Shown one piece after another: positions 7,996 to 18,705 of a stretch of DNA of 64,000 nucleotides. Origin of the DNA: an uncultured Bdellovibrio sp. (GTDB taxonomy: Bacteria > Bdellovibrionota > Bdellovibrionia > Bdellovibrionales > Bdellovibrionaceae). The DNA lies in NCBI GenBank assembly GCA_963932905.1, contig CAWVRN010000005.1, forward strand, positions 119,293 through 183,292, read 5' to 3'. The notes under the pieces are model-generated. The model saw nothing but the letters and a program-made list of their open reading frames with translations. It searched no databases and was not told the origin of the DNA. Positions within the stretch are counted from its first letter, which is position 1. Each line of letters starts with the position of its first letter. A program made the position numbers and the translations under genes.

Positions 7996-10900
7996 GTGGG
8001 TTTAGGTCACTTCTTTTTGCTTACATTTTTTTACTGTTTCTTCACCTTCGCGGACAGTGTAAATATTCCAATAAAAACTGTAAAAAAACCAGCGGCTGAT
8101 TTAAGTTATCAAGGCAAAAAAATTGATCCATCCGAAGCGGCTGACTTGATGTCAAAGCAAATTGATATCAGCCGATTGAACCCTGGCGACAATAAATTCT
8201 GGCAAAACAAAACATATGAAGTTAAAGATGCTTCGCTCAACGCATTCCCATTAGGCTCTGCGGGGGTAAATTTTCAAGCAACCGAAGCAGTTATCAATGA
8301 ATTATTAACCATCACTATTCGGGTACAAGATGCGACAGTTAAAGATCGTTTTTATCGTTTAGCTATCAGCCGGTATTCACCTTCATTTATGATGAGAGCC
8401 GCCATGCTAAGAAAGCTTGGGTATTTTATCCCTGCACTCAAGCAATACTCAGATATGAAAGTGCGTTTTCAAAGTGAAGCTGAAAAAGATTTATTCCTAG
8501 AAAACATGCAAAAGGCGATGGTTCTAGACGTTAGCGATACTAAGTGGATCAAAGAGAATAACAAAACGGATCACTCTCTGACATTCAGTGACTGTGTTTT
8601 AGAGACGCCGTCAAACGAATACTACGATCTACATTGGGGTACGACTCCAAACCCAAAAAACCCTGCGATGATATCTATTTTAGAATTGTTCTCAAAAAAT
8701 CGCGCCTTCCGTGCCTTGATAGTTCCGTATGTATTAGTTGATCTGCCAGAAAGTGTGAATCGGTTTTTGCCGAAATCAGCGAGTGTGGTTTCAGGGCATA
8801 TTGTATTGAATCATCCTTTTGGTGCCGCATTCAGTGGAACAACATATGAGGACGTGAAATGGTTGCTGCTTCGTATGCAAAACTGGACTGAAAAAGACGT
8901 CCGTGAAATCGTCGAGAACGCTAGCCTTCCAAAAGACATCAGTGAATTGGTATATCGCAAGTTGCTTTACAGAATTAGCAACATGTTTGAGTTCTTTGAC
9001 ATGAAGACAAGCTTTCAAGCGGCGTTGCCAACCTTAGAATATGATGCCGCAGGTGGGATCATTAAAAGTGGTAAAGTCACACAAGAAACTATCGCGCCTT
9101 ATCCATTCCGTTTTGCTCATGGCGACCCAGAAGCTCCGTTTCAAGAAGGCGATTACGTACGTTACTTTAAAATTCGCGGTATCACGGCCGTTGTGGCCAC
9201 AGCGCTGGCCGAGATGTCTAAGAAATTACAAATTCAAGATGTCGGTGACCTAGCAAAACAACGGGCATTAGATATTCAGAATAAAATCAAGGATCATATT
9301 AAGAAAAACCCGTTAGAACCACTTTATCAAAAAGTAGAAGCCTGGGGTGGCCCAGTGGCTGGCTTTAATGTGTCAGCGACCCGTCACGTTTCAACAGGAA
9401 CATACTTTGAAAGTACGGCGCCTCTGCAGTTGGTAGATAACGTTACAGTGTCGGGTTCACTTGGTTATTTTATGGGAATCGACGGTGTCAATTATGTAAA
9501 ACCATTTGCCGGTGTGAACGTGTCGTTGCTGCGTGACTACACTCATGTTCGTCCTATTTTATCTATCAAAGAAGGTGACAAAGAAAGTTGGGCCAATTTA
9601 TTAATTCCTAAATATATGGCGAACATTTCAAAAATTTTGAAAGAGCCAAATATCGTCAGTACGTCAGAAACCGTAACCGAAGAAAAAGCCAGTTTAGACC
9701 AATTCTTAAATGATTTACGTGAGGGAGAAGTATTCACAATCACTGATTCCGTCGCAACCTCTGCGTATGCCCAAATTTCATCGTCTTTAGATGTATTGAT
9801 GGGTATCGCACCGTTGAATTTCTTGAATTCGATCAGTTTAGGTGCCGACGCGTCTCGCATCATTTTACGTCAAACCAGCATCATGAAAACTAAAGATGGC
9901 GTTCAGATTTTTGTTCGTAATCAAAAAAGTTCAGTCTATGGCCTAACTGTCGACGTCAATTACTTTATCAAAGTTTTACAAATCCGTTCTCAGACTAACA
10001 ATAGTGATTTATCGACTCATGCGTTCGTAGTGAACTACTACCCAGCTTTGCAACAATCGATTGATTCAAATCAAAGCCAAATTGAATTCGTAAATAAAAA
10101 CAACGATACAAAAGAAAATCTACGTCCGGTTTTATATAGTCTATTTAATTCGCAATCAAAAGATCTGTTATACGAAAAATTTAAATACAATAAATTTGAG
10201 ATTGATCACAATTTGAATACAGAGGAACTGCGCGCAAAATTCCTATGGTTCCGCACCACAAGTATGGAAGAAGACCACACGGTTAAATTACGATATCCTC
10301 GAGCCGAAGCTTATCCAGAGTTAGATCCAAAAGATGAAGAGATCGTTCTTTTCTCTGCTAAAAAAGGGGAATTGAAAGGGCGTGATTATTTAGGATTTGG
10401 TCTAGATATTTTGCAAGCGATTTTAAATCGTAAATCGAATGTTAGTTGGGATTTAAGCAACGATTTCAATCCGAACCCATCAAGCACGCCGTTCGGTAAT
10501 TCATACTGGCGTATCGTAAATTCTGAAGGCGATCTGAGCACAACTCAGAAAAAACCATATCCGAATATTGCTACAATTCAGCACGTGTGGGGTGGTTGGA
10601 ATTTATCTAAAGACAAGTTCTTTAAAACGTTAGATGAAGTCGAGGCGGCAATTAAAGGTGTTAATTTATCATCGTACCGGTTACTTGAACGAGAAAATTT
10701 TCATCAGGTAAAATCGGTGGATTTCTATCGTATCACGGCTCAGTTATCATTGATGCCAAGCGCGCTGACAAAAATTCAAGATCTAATCAATCCAAAAGAA
10801 TTTAAAGTAGATAAACAAAACGTAAACTTTATCGTTTCAAGATTGTTCAAAAAGTTATCCGAAACTTTAGGTTCGAAAGAACGCGATGCTGATCGCGCCA

Positions 10901-11397
10901 TGTTTATCGGTATTATGTCAGTTTTTGGTAACGGTGACTATCAAAAGGGCTACACGCAATACTATTATGAATGTAAGCAGTACCATGAAAATAAAAACGG
11001 AAGGGGTGGATCGCCGCAAAATACGTATGCTTGGTACAATGGCAGTTCTTATGAATGCTTAATGCCATGGATTCAGAAACTGATCGATCTGTCGACAAAA
11101 TTCCCTAAAGAGAAAAAAGAGCAGATTAAATGGTTAACCGAAGTTCTTTACGTGCTTGATGAGCGTATTCCGCTGCAACAATTATTAAAGTACTTAACTC
11201 CAGAAAACTACATTTACCTTGTTCGTGTGAATGGTTTTAGAACAGGTGATGAAGATGGTGAAATCCAATATTTTTCTAATACGTTAGGTGATCCAACTAA
11301 AAATATCGAATATTCGAATGGTCTAATCCAGATGTTCAGTCAAAGAACGGGGATTACATCCGTAGAGTTAGATCGATCACAAGGGAGTTTCCGATGA
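7996..11397 (+). CDS. Large secreted hypothetical protein (~1130 aa)
   Basis: Long ORF with a signal-like N-terminus after GTG 7996 (GGGGG RBS). ATGA overlap with the next gene. Confidence 0.8.
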   Translation: MGLGHFFLLTFFYCFFTFADSVNIPIKTVKKPAADLSYQGKKIDPSEAADLMSKQIDISRLNPGDNKFWQNKTYEVKDASLNAFPLGSAGVNFQATEAVINELLTITIRVQDATVKDRFYRLAISRYSPSFMMRAAMLRKLGYFIPALKQYSDMKVRFQSEAEKDLFLENMQKAMVLDVSDTKWIKENNKTDHSLTFSDCVLETPSNEYYDLHWGTTPNPKNPAMISILELFSKNRAFRALIVPYVLVDLPESVNRFLPKSASVVSGHIVLNHPFGAAFSGTTYEDVKWLLLRMQNWTEKDVREIVENASLPKDISELVYRKLLYRISNMFEFFDMKTSFQAALPTLEYDAAGGIIKSGKVTQETIAPYPFRFAHGDPEAPFQEGDYVRYFKIRGITAVVATALAEMSKKLQIQDVGDLAKQRALDIQNKIKDHIKKNPLEPLYQKVEAWGGPVAGFNVSATRHVSTGTYFESTAPLQLVDNVTVSGSLGYFMGIDGVNYVKPFAGVNVSLLRDYTHVRPILSIKEGDKESWANLLIPKYMANISKILKEPNIVSTSETVTEEKASLDQFLNDLREGEVFTITDSVATSAYAQISSSLDVLMGIAPLNFLNSISLGADASRIILRQTSIMKTKDGVQIFVRNQKSSVYGLTVDVNYFIKVLQIRSQTNNSDLSTHAFVVNYYPALQQSIDSNQSQIEFVNKNNDTKENLRPVLYSLFNSQSKDLLYEKFKYNKFEIDHNLNTEELRAKFLWFRTTSMEEDHTVKLRYPRAEAYPELDPKDEEIVLFSAKKGELKGRDYLGFGLDILQAILNRKSNVSWDLSNDFNPNPSSTPFGNSYWRIVNSEGDLSTTQKKPYPNIATIQHVWGGWNLSKDKFFKTLDEVEAAIKGVNLSSYRLLERENFHQVKSVDFYRITAQLSLMPSALTKIQDLINPKEFKVDKQNVNFIVSRLFKKLSETLGSKERDADRAMFIGIMSVFGNGDYQKGYTQYYYECKQYHENKNGRGGSPQNTYAWYNGSSYECLMPWIQKLIDLSTKFPKEKKEQIKWLTEVLYVLDERIPLQQLLKYLTPENYIYLVRVNGFRTGDEDGEIQYFSNTLGDPTKNIEYSNGLIQMFSQRTGITSVELDRSQGSFR

Positions 11398-14300
11398 TTA
11401 AATCATTCTTGACCCTAATCGGGATTACGTTACTGCTGGCTCCGTCAGCTTATTCGATCGAGCGTGCGATTTTGTCTGTGAAGCCTCATCACAAAATCAA
11501 ATCTAAGGATTTGAATTTGATTTTGGATTCTACGCTGATTGTAAATCGCAAAAATCTTTGGACCGACAAAGAAAAGGAACTATTAAAATCTTTAAATCTA
11601 AATAAATTTTCAAAGGCATGGATCGTGGAGGTGAATACTTACGCCGATCTTTTAATGCTTGAGCGTAAGATTAATCAAAACGGATTGCCGTTAAACGTGG
11701 ATGACTACGAATTACCTATTCAGAGTCTAAATGCTGACTGGCAATCTTTGCAATGGGGTATGAAGAATACCGGACAAGCGCAGAATTTAGATTTGGATCC
11801 CGTGCAAACATTCCGTGTTCCTGGTGTTGTAGGTGAAGACATTCAAAAAATTCAAAATAAAATAGGCACACTGAAACGCAAAGTGCGCGTAGCCGTATTA
11901 GATACGGGAGTCGATAAAAAGCATCCCAATTTAAAGAACGTTCTTTATAGAAACGAGCTGGAATGTAAACAATTAGAGGCATTTGAAGCGTGTCTAGTTG
12001 AAGATGGGATGGATCGCGACAGCTGCGAAAAGAAATTCATGACGTCGGAAAATCCTAATCTGGATCCTGACCATAACGGCTATCCGTTGGATTGCACAGG
12101 CTGGAGTATCTTAGGTAATGCTGACAATCCAAGTGGCATATTGGGTCGTCCTGATTTTGGCGATGATCAAGGCCATGGAACTCATGTGGCGGGTATTATC
12201 GGTGCGCAAATGGATCCTCAATTCCTGGGCGTCAGCGGTGTTTCTAGCAACGTTGAAATTATTCCGATCCAAGTAATTGGTAAAAATCCATCTGAGCCAG
12301 TAAAACCTTTGTCGACAGATATCAATATGGATACGTTGTCGCCAGTAGAATTAAAGCAAAAATGGGCAAAGAAGTCGTTGGGGGATTTAGTCGCACGTGG
12401 GTTATTGTACGCGTTCAAAGCCAAAGCCGATGTCGTGAACCTATCGTTAGGTTGGCCGGCCGCACGTGATTCTGAATTAATTCGCGGATTGATCACGGAA
12501 ATGATCAATCGCGGAATTATCATAGTGGCAGCCGCCGGCAATGATTCCACGAAGGCATTGCTACATCCGTGTGCTTACGAAGGCGTTATCTGTGTAGGTA
12601 GTCATGGACCAGACGGATCTGTAAGTCACTTTTCTAATTATGGTAGCGGGGTTGATATGTTAGCTCCGGGCCTAAATATTCTAAGCACATTCCCAGTGGA
12701 TCAACGTCCTGTTCGCTTTAGAAAAACGTGGGGCTTTGAATATTTATCGGGAACATCCCAAGCGTCGCCATTTGTCGCTGGTGTAGTGGCAGAGATGATT
12801 GCACAAGGTATTCCAAGAAATGAAATTTACCCGCGATTGATGGCAACGACTCGATTGCCAAAAGTGAACCAGGGTTTGTTTGAAGGTGTTCCGCATCTGC
12901 CAGATAAATTGGTAACATTGAAATCCACTGTAGAGGCAAAAATGACATTAGCAGGTAATATGGACTTCCGTAAAGCGATGGATGTTAAACCAGCGATTGT
13001 CATCCTTCCTACAATCAAAGAAAAAACAACTTTGAATTGGAATGGGAATGATAAAAAACTGAAATTTAGTTTCGGACTTAAAAATTATTGGCAAGACACG
13101 GATTTTTCTCGCGTACAATTACGTGCAAAATTTAAAGACGATGAGAAATCTCATCGCCCATCCGTCGTTTCTATTTCTGGTTTACCAAAATCAGGAAAAT
13201 GGGAAGGCGGTCAAAAAATGATTGTTACCGTTGATGCCGAGCTTTATAAAACAGAAGCTCAACGAAATATGGTTCCATCTGATCTGGAACTTGAAGTCTG
13301 GGTGATGGTGGATACTAAGCTCAGCAAATATTTTGTTCAAGAGTTTGAATTAGTCGTTCCGTTTACGGCCACAACTCTGTTGCCAGAGATGACGAAATAC
13401 CAAGTGAAGCAATTTCCGACAGGACGAGTTGAGTGGAATCCTGTGGATGAAACATACGATTATACGCCTAACAAACGTGATTATATTTTGTCGTCACAAA
13501 GTAAGAAAGAAACTTCGTTTTCGTTGTTAACTCAAGATCGTTCGGGTGCCTATCAATTAGTGGGATCAAATGTTCTGAAATTGCCGAAACCGGTAGAGCA
13601 ACTTCGTTCGCAGTACTTGGTACGCATGCTACAAGGTAACGAGGCGATTTACGCACTTGGTTTCCTAGATGAACCAGAAGATGACGACGACAATGCACTT
13701 CCTAAAGTGTATTTTTCGATCTTTGATCATAATTTTAAATTGGTGGAAGAGTTTGCGTACGATTCTGATAAAGCTGTAATGCCGTATCAAATTTATTGGA
13801 TGACGATCGGTGATAAAAAACGACCGGCTTGGGTTGGGTACGGAAAAGACCCATCGAAAAAACCAAGCTTAATTAACTTGTGGGAAAATCCGGCCGGTAA
13901 CGAAGAATTAAAAATTCGTTTCTACTTTGTCGATGACAAAAATCAGTTAAACGCCGTCGACGCCGGTGAAGAATACGAAATCATCGATGTCCTTGAACCA
14001 AGTCTTGATCAAAAAATACGGGGCATTATTCCCGTGTTGATGGCCAAAAATCAAGGGTCAGAAATCAAGCCATCCTATATCTATGACTTTGCTCAAGCCG
14101 AAGTGGTTAATGGAACAGTTCAAAATCTAAAAAAATTAGATGCACTGTCAAAGAACTATCAGTATCGCAACTTGATCGAAACTAAGGTCGACAAGATTTT
14201 AAATTTGGATGCTAGCGAAGAAGAGTTTGCAGGAACTTATTGGTTCAATGAAAATGGAAACCGCGAACAACGTGTAACTTTTATCCATTTCCAATCGAAA

Positions 14301-14822
14301 AAATATGTCGATCAAGTTTTAAAACCAATGAATCCACTTTACGATTCCGCGTTGTTAGTTCGCGCGTCATTTTTGGGTGAGCAACGTGCGGGAACATTCG
14401 TGTTAACCAATAGTGAAATTCAATATCATGATTTGTTGTCGGGCCAGACGGTTGGGCGCAGTTTAGAGCGTTATACGTTTTATCCTGACGATTTCTTTAC
14501 CAGTGTGTATATGCCGATCACGGTTTTTGATTCCAAAAACCCAAAACAAAAGATCCCTGCGATTTTTACGACGGAGAGCAGCGAAATCAATCGCGGTGTC
14601 AAAATAGTTGTCCCGATTTTTGCAAAGGCACAAGGATCGAATCAAACTTCGTTAACAAAAGAGAAAGTGGTTGAACTTATGACACCAGCGAAACTAAGAC
14701 TTGAAACGCAAAGAACTTCTGGTTGTCGTCCACTCAACACACCCGTTTTCTTGGGCGAAAAAGGATACGCATTTGATTATTTCTGCGGGGATAGCATTTT
14801 AAGGGTACCGATAAAATTATAA
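11394..14822 (+). CDS. Large secreted S8 serine peptidase with long C-terminal beta-rich extension
   Basis: VAVLDTG, HGTHVAG, AAAGND and GTSQA motifs; signal peptide. Confidence 0.9.
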   Translation: MIKSFLTLIGITLLLAPSAYSIERAILSVKPHHKIKSKDLNLILDSTLIVNRKNLWTDKEKELLKSLNLNKFSKAWIVEVNTYADLLMLERKINQNGLPLNVDDYELPIQSLNADWQSLQWGMKNTGQAQNLDLDPVQTFRVPGVVGEDIQKIQNKIGTLKRKVRVAVLDTGVDKKHPNLKNVLYRNELECKQLEAFEACLVEDGMDRDSCEKKFMTSENPNLDPDHNGYPLDCTGWSILGNADNPSGILGRPDFGDDQGHGTHVAGIIGAQMDPQFLGVSGVSSNVEIIPIQVIGKNPSEPVKPLSTDINMDTLSPVELKQKWAKKSLGDLVARGLLYAFKAKADVVNLSLGWPAARDSELIRGLITEMINRGIIIVAAAGNDSTKALLHPCAYEGVICVGSHGPDGSVSHFSNYGSGVDMLAPGLNILSTFPVDQRPVRFRKTWGFEYLSGTSQASPFVAGVVAEMIAQGIPRNEIYPRLMATTRLPKVNQGLFEGVPHLPDKLVTLKSTVEAKMTLAGNMDFRKAMDVKPAIVILPTIKEKTTLNWNGNDKKLKFSFGLKNYWQDTDFSRVQLRAKFKDDEKSHRPSVVSISGLPKSGKWEGGQKMIVTVDAELYKTEAQRNMVPSDLELEVWVMVDTKLSKYFVQEFELVVPFTATTLLPEMTKYQVKQFPTGRVEWNPVDETYDYTPNKRDYILSSQSKKETSFSLLTQDRSGAYQLVGSNVLKLPKPVEQLRSQYLVRMLQGNEAIYALGFLDEPEDDDDNALPKVYFSIFDHNFKLVEEFAYDSDKAVMPYQIYWMTIGDKKRPAWVGYGKDPSKKPSLINLWENPAGNEELKIRFYFVDDKNQLNAVDAGEEYEIIDVLEPSLDQKIRGIIPVLMAKNQGSEIKPSYIYDFAQAEVVNGTVQNLKKLDALSKNYQYRNLIETKVDKILNLDASEEEFAGTYWFNENGNREQRVTFIHFQSKKYVDQVLKPMNPLYDSALLVRASFLGEQRAGTFVLTNSEIQYHDLLSGQTVGRSLERYTFYPDDFFTSVYMPITVFDSKNPKQKIPAIFTTESSEINRGVKIVVPIFAKAQGSNQTSLTKEKVVELMTPAKLRLETQRTSGCRPLNTPVFLGEKGYAFDYFCGDSILRVPIKL

Positions 14823-14892
14823 TTCAGTCCGCATTTATGTGGGCATAAAAGTAAAGTGAAACAAGTTATCTATAAAGGAAAAAGGGGGAAAA

Positions 14893-15831
14893 ATGTTTAA
14901 TATGAGTTCTAAGTTCAAAGGGGCAATGCGTTTAGTGCTAGTCACGGGCTTTGCGATTGGTTTTTTTGGCTGCGGCGGTGGCGGCGGTAGTTCGCCTGTG
15001 AATGTTCTTTACTATCCGTACCAGACGATATTTGAAAAGGTTTGTATGACAGTTGAACCGACTCCAGGCTGTACATTCGACGCTAGGACGGGGGAGCGAA
15101 TTTCAGTTAGCGCGGATCCCGCTTATGACCGCAGGGGCCATGCGACGGACGACATGTGGTTTGTAGAATTTGATGAATATGGAATGGCCGCAGTCTACGA
15201 TCAAGACCGAATTCTTCGGGAATACAAAGACGTAAGCGAATTCGGCGGCTATTTAGGGACTTACGATATAGGTACTGGCGGGTACAATGTTGCGACTGGT
15301 GAAACAAGATTAGTTTGGGAAGATATCCGTAACGGTGCTTACTACTTAGGTAAAAACGGAGTTCTTTACTCTGCCAACTTAATCGAATCTAACTTCGGTC
15401 AAGCGATCAACAACAAGAATGCGTCTAAAGCAACAGACACTAACTTTGCGGCTTTAAACTCTGATGCTAACAAAATCTTAGTAGCTAAAGGTGCTGAAAA
15501 GTTAATGAAAGAATATGGTTTCAAAAAAGCTCAAGCGACAGCGGTGGCTAGTGTTCTGAACAACTTCGCAGTGACTACATCACTTCGTGGTAAAGTAACA
15601 ACTAAAGACATCGACGTAACTTTCAAAGGTGCTTTTGGCGTTCCATTCTCGGATGCATTGACTGCTGTTAACAAACTACGTGAAGGTGATAAATCTTCTA
15701 TGAGAGAACTAACAAACCGGTCAGCTTCAGCGTTGGGTTTAAAACCTCACCAAGCTCAACAATTCATCAAAGGTATGTATAAAAAAGCCCTAACTCAATG
15801 GGGTTACGATGTGGATACGATCAGCTGGTAA
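14893..15831 (+). CDS. Putative lipoprotein, hypothetical
   Basis: Lipobox-like FFGC followed by GGGGGSS; GGGGG RBS. Confidence 0.7.
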   Translation: MFNMSSKFKGAMRLVLVTGFAIGFFGCGGGGGSSPVNVLYYPYQTIFEKVCMTVEPTPGCTFDARTGERISVSADPAYDRRGHATDDMWFVEFDEYGMAAVYDQDRILREYKDVSEFGGYLGTYDIGTGGYNVATGETRLVWEDIRNGAYYLGKNGVLYSANLIESNFGQAINNKNASKATDTNFAALNSDANKILVAKGAEKLMKEYGFKKAQATAVASVLNNFAVTTSLRGKVTTKDIDVTFKGAFGVPFSDALTAVNKLREGDKSSMRELTNRSASALGLKPHQAQQFIKGMYKKALTQWGYDVDTISW

Positions 15832-15892
15832 CCTCCAGGTGATCACGTGTCAGCTAGCTGGTAATTTCTACCGGTTAGTTTGTTTCAAACCA

Positions 15893-15922
15893 CAAAAAGC
15901 CTGCAGAAATGCAGGCTTTTTG
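15893..15922 (+). terminator. Rho-independent terminator
   Basis: CAAAAAGCCTGCA-GAAA-TGCAGGCTTTTTG hairpin with T-tract. Confidence 0.85.
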
Positions 15923-15980
15923 CTTTGAGGGCTCTATCCTTTCTTGCCTAATCGCGTCGTGCGTTTTAGAATAGGCCTCC

Positions 15981-18146
15981 ATGTCTGTGATCGTACTACC
16001 TGAAAAATACTATCTAACCCATTTCTTTGAGCTTATTCAGCATTTAGAAGCTCACTACCAACAGGTATTTGAACCGGCCCACGTAGACTTCCTGAAATCC
16101 TTTTATGCGCTTTCCGAAGATGCCAAGTGTGCCTATGTTCGCATGATCAATCGAAAAGGTTTGGTTTTTAGTAATGTTTCGTTCACTAAATATCCCGAAA
16201 TCGCAGATCCGATGGCGGCGTTAAAAGAGTTAGACGAAGCTCGATTTCTTTCTCGAGTGAACGAGTCAGATAAGCCTCTTTTAACAGAATTTTTAACCAA
16301 AACAGATTTGGCCAAATGGTTGAAAAAATCGGGATTACGGGTGGCCTCGTCGGAATCTCGTGGTGATTTAATTATCAAAGCGCAAACACATCAAGATCAA
16401 CTCCTGCTAAGTAATTTGGACATGCATACTGATCTTTTTGTCCAACGTCGATTTGAAGAATTAGATTATTTGTTATTTTTATATTTTGGAAAAATTCAAC
16501 GAAACTTAACGTTATATACATTACGTGATTTGGGTATTCGCCAAGCCCATTCATTAAAGAATGATTTTAAAGCTCGATACACAGATTTGTCGTCAGCAAA
16601 ACAAGACTATTTTTTCTATTCAGAAATTGAACGTCTTGGTGAGGTTCAATCTGAAGCAGAAATTTTAGAAAAACTTGAGTTCAGTCGTTCCGCTCCATCC
16701 AATCCTATTAAAGATCAATGGTTGTTGGGCGTGGCGATTAAATTTGAAGATTTGAATCGAGACATTACGCTGTTGGCTTTGAATAGCTGCCAAAGTCACC
16801 CGGCGCGTGAGCGGAAGGCTCGATTGTTGTACAAATGGGAACAAGTAGAACAATCGAAGGCCGTTTTGGACGCGATAATAGAAGATCCACATTGTGACGA
16901 AGAACTTTTATTCGCCGAAGATTTTTTTGCGAGAAAATTCGGTAAAAAACGAACGGGTTCATTGACAGATATTTTAAATAATTCAAAACAGGTCACACTC
17001 AGTGATATTTTTTTAAAAAAACCAGAGCAAGGCGTAATCGATTTATATGAAAAACAAGGTTACACCGGTCAGTTTGTTGAAAACTATCTTTGGGTAGGTT
17101 TGTTTGGATTGATTTTCTGGGATGAATTGTTCACCGGTCCTATGGCTAAATTGTTTAATCCTTTTGATCGTAAACCAGCAGATCTGACTGGTCCGGATTT
17201 CTACAATCGCAATGAAGTACTTTTAGAATCAAAATTAGTTCAAATGAATGACTATAACGCGATCGAATTTATTATCCTTAAAACAGTGACGGAACACTAT
17301 GGTAAGATGAATGATTTGTTTCAATGGTCCACAAACCTAGCGCCAATGGTTTTGGACTTCGTCAGAAAGACCAGAAATAAAAATGTCGCTCATATCTTAA
17401 GAACTATGGCACGTCGGTTTGATGTTTATCACAGTGGTTACCCTGATTTGATGCTTGAGAAAAATGGCGAGATTAGTTTCATCGAGGTAAAGGCTGATGG
17501 GGACTCATTAAAATATAAGCAATTGTCAAAAGCTCGTTTGCTTCGTGAAGCTGGCTTTGATGTTGAAGTTTTAAGGGTCAAATGGCAAAGCGATCCTAAT
17601 CAAGTTTATGTAGTTGTAGATTTGGAAACGACGGGTGGTGCTCCTCATTCTCATCGTATTACCGAAATTGGTGCTGTCAAAGTTCAAGGTGGAAAAATTA
17701 TCGATGAATTCCAAACTTTGATTAATCCCGAGCGACCGATTCCCCCGTTTATCGAGAAACTAACTGGTATTACTAACGAGATGGTGGCAACGGCTCCGAA
17801 ATTCTCTGAAGTGGCTGAACGATTTAATCAATTTACGGACGGTGCAATTTTCGTCGCACACAACGTGAAATTTGACTATGGTTTTATTCAAAAAGAGTTT
17901 TCTAGAATTGAACAAGATTATTCGCGCACACATTTGTGCACCTGTATTGGCATGAAGAAAAGTTTCCCTGGGATTAAATCTTATGGATTGAAAAACTTAA
18001 CCAATCATTTTCAAATCTCGTTGACCCAACATCATCGCGCGTTGTGTGATGCTCAAGCATCAGCAGAACTATTATTATTAATGACAGGCTATAAGGAACC
18101 TAATCCACGCAAAACGGAAGAACCCGTAGCTGAACAAGAAACCTAA
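15981..18146 (+). CDS. FAN1-like VRR-NUC nuclease fused to DEDDh (DnaQ-like) 3'-5' exonuclease
   Basis: N-terminus YYLTHF..L like bacterial FAN1; GYPDL..FIEVK..GD.L...Q PD-(D/E)xK motif; C-terminal DLETTG, AHNVKFD and HHRALCDA. Confidence 0.88.
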   Translation: MSVIVLPEKYYLTHFFELIQHLEAHYQQVFEPAHVDFLKSFYALSEDAKCAYVRMINRKGLVFSNVSFTKYPEIADPMAALKELDEARFLSRVNESDKPLLTEFLTKTDLAKWLKKSGLRVASSESRGDLIIKAQTHQDQLLLSNLDMHTDLFVQRRFEELDYLLFLYFGKIQRNLTLYTLRDLGIRQAHSLKNDFKARYTDLSSAKQDYFFYSEIERLGEVQSEAEILEKLEFSRSAPSNPIKDQWLLGVAIKFEDLNRDITLLALNSCQSHPARERKARLLYKWEQVEQSKAVLDAIIEDPHCDEELLFAEDFFARKFGKKRTGSLTDILNNSKQVTLSDIFLKKPEQGVIDLYEKQGYTGQFVENYLWVGLFGLIFWDELFTGPMAKLFNPFDRKPADLTGPDFYNRNEVLLESKLVQMNDYNAIEFIILKTVTEHYGKMNDLFQWSTNLAPMVLDFVRKTRNKNVAHILRTMARRFDVYHSGYPDLMLEKNGEISFIEVKADGDSLKYKQLSKARLLREAGFDVEVLRVKWQSDPNQVYVVVDLETTGGAPHSHRITEIGAVKVQGGKIIDEFQTLINPERPIPPFIEKLTGITNEMVATAPKFSEVAERFNQFTDGAIFVAHNVKFDYGFIQKEFSRIEQDYSRTHLCTCIGMKKSFPGIKSYGLKNLTNHFQISLTQHHRALCDAQASAELLLLMTGYKEPNPRKTEEPVAEQET

Positions 18147-18156
18147 GGAGTGAAAT

Positions 18157-18687
18157 ATGAATTGCCCATGTGGAAATTCCAAACCGTATGAGTCATGCTG
18201 TGAGCCATTTATCAAAGGTACAGCGTTTCCTGAAACGGCGGAACAATTAATGAGATCGCGCTATACTGCTTATGTAAAAGGTGATGTTCAATATATTCAC
18301 GATACGTTAGCGCCAGAATCACGTCATGATTTCGATATGGCCAGCACTAAAAAATGGGCTCAACAATCAAAATGGTTAGGGTTGAAAATTCAATCGGCTC
18401 AGGGCGGAGCGAACGATAAAAAAGGTAAAGTAGAATTCACGGCGACCTACAATGATAAAAAAGAAACGCTAGAACATCACGAGGTGTCTGAGTTTCGTAA
18501 AGATGAAAATAATCATTGGGTGTTTGTCGGCGGTGAAGCCCACACGCATAAAGAAGGTGAGGGGCACCACCATCATCATACTAAAGTGGAAACTGTGGTT
18601 CGTGCAGAACCTAAAATTGGTCGCAATGATCCGTGCACCTGTGGAAGTGGTAAAAAATATAAAAAATGCTGTGGAGCTGCGGCGTAG
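18157..18687 (+). CDS. ychJ: YchJ family protein with N- and C-terminal SEC-C motifs
   Basis: [30 protein letters not shown] and [18 protein letters not shown]. Confidence 0.88.
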   Translation: MNCPCGNSKPYESCCEPFIKGTAFPETAEQLMRSRYTAYVKGDVQYIHDTLAPESRHDFDMASTKKWAQQSKWLGLKIQSAQGGANDKKGKVEFTATYNDKKETLEHHEVSEFRKDENNHWVFVGGEAHTHKEGEGHHHHHTKVETVVRAEPKIGRNDPCTCGSGKKYKKCCGAAA

Positions 18688-18705
18688 ATTTTTTGAACCC
18701 CCCGG

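Noticed and set aside
8791..14645. Many short antisense or alternative-frame ORFs in long genes, here and across the window
   Set aside because: Fully nested in well-supported CDSs with no recognisable motifs.
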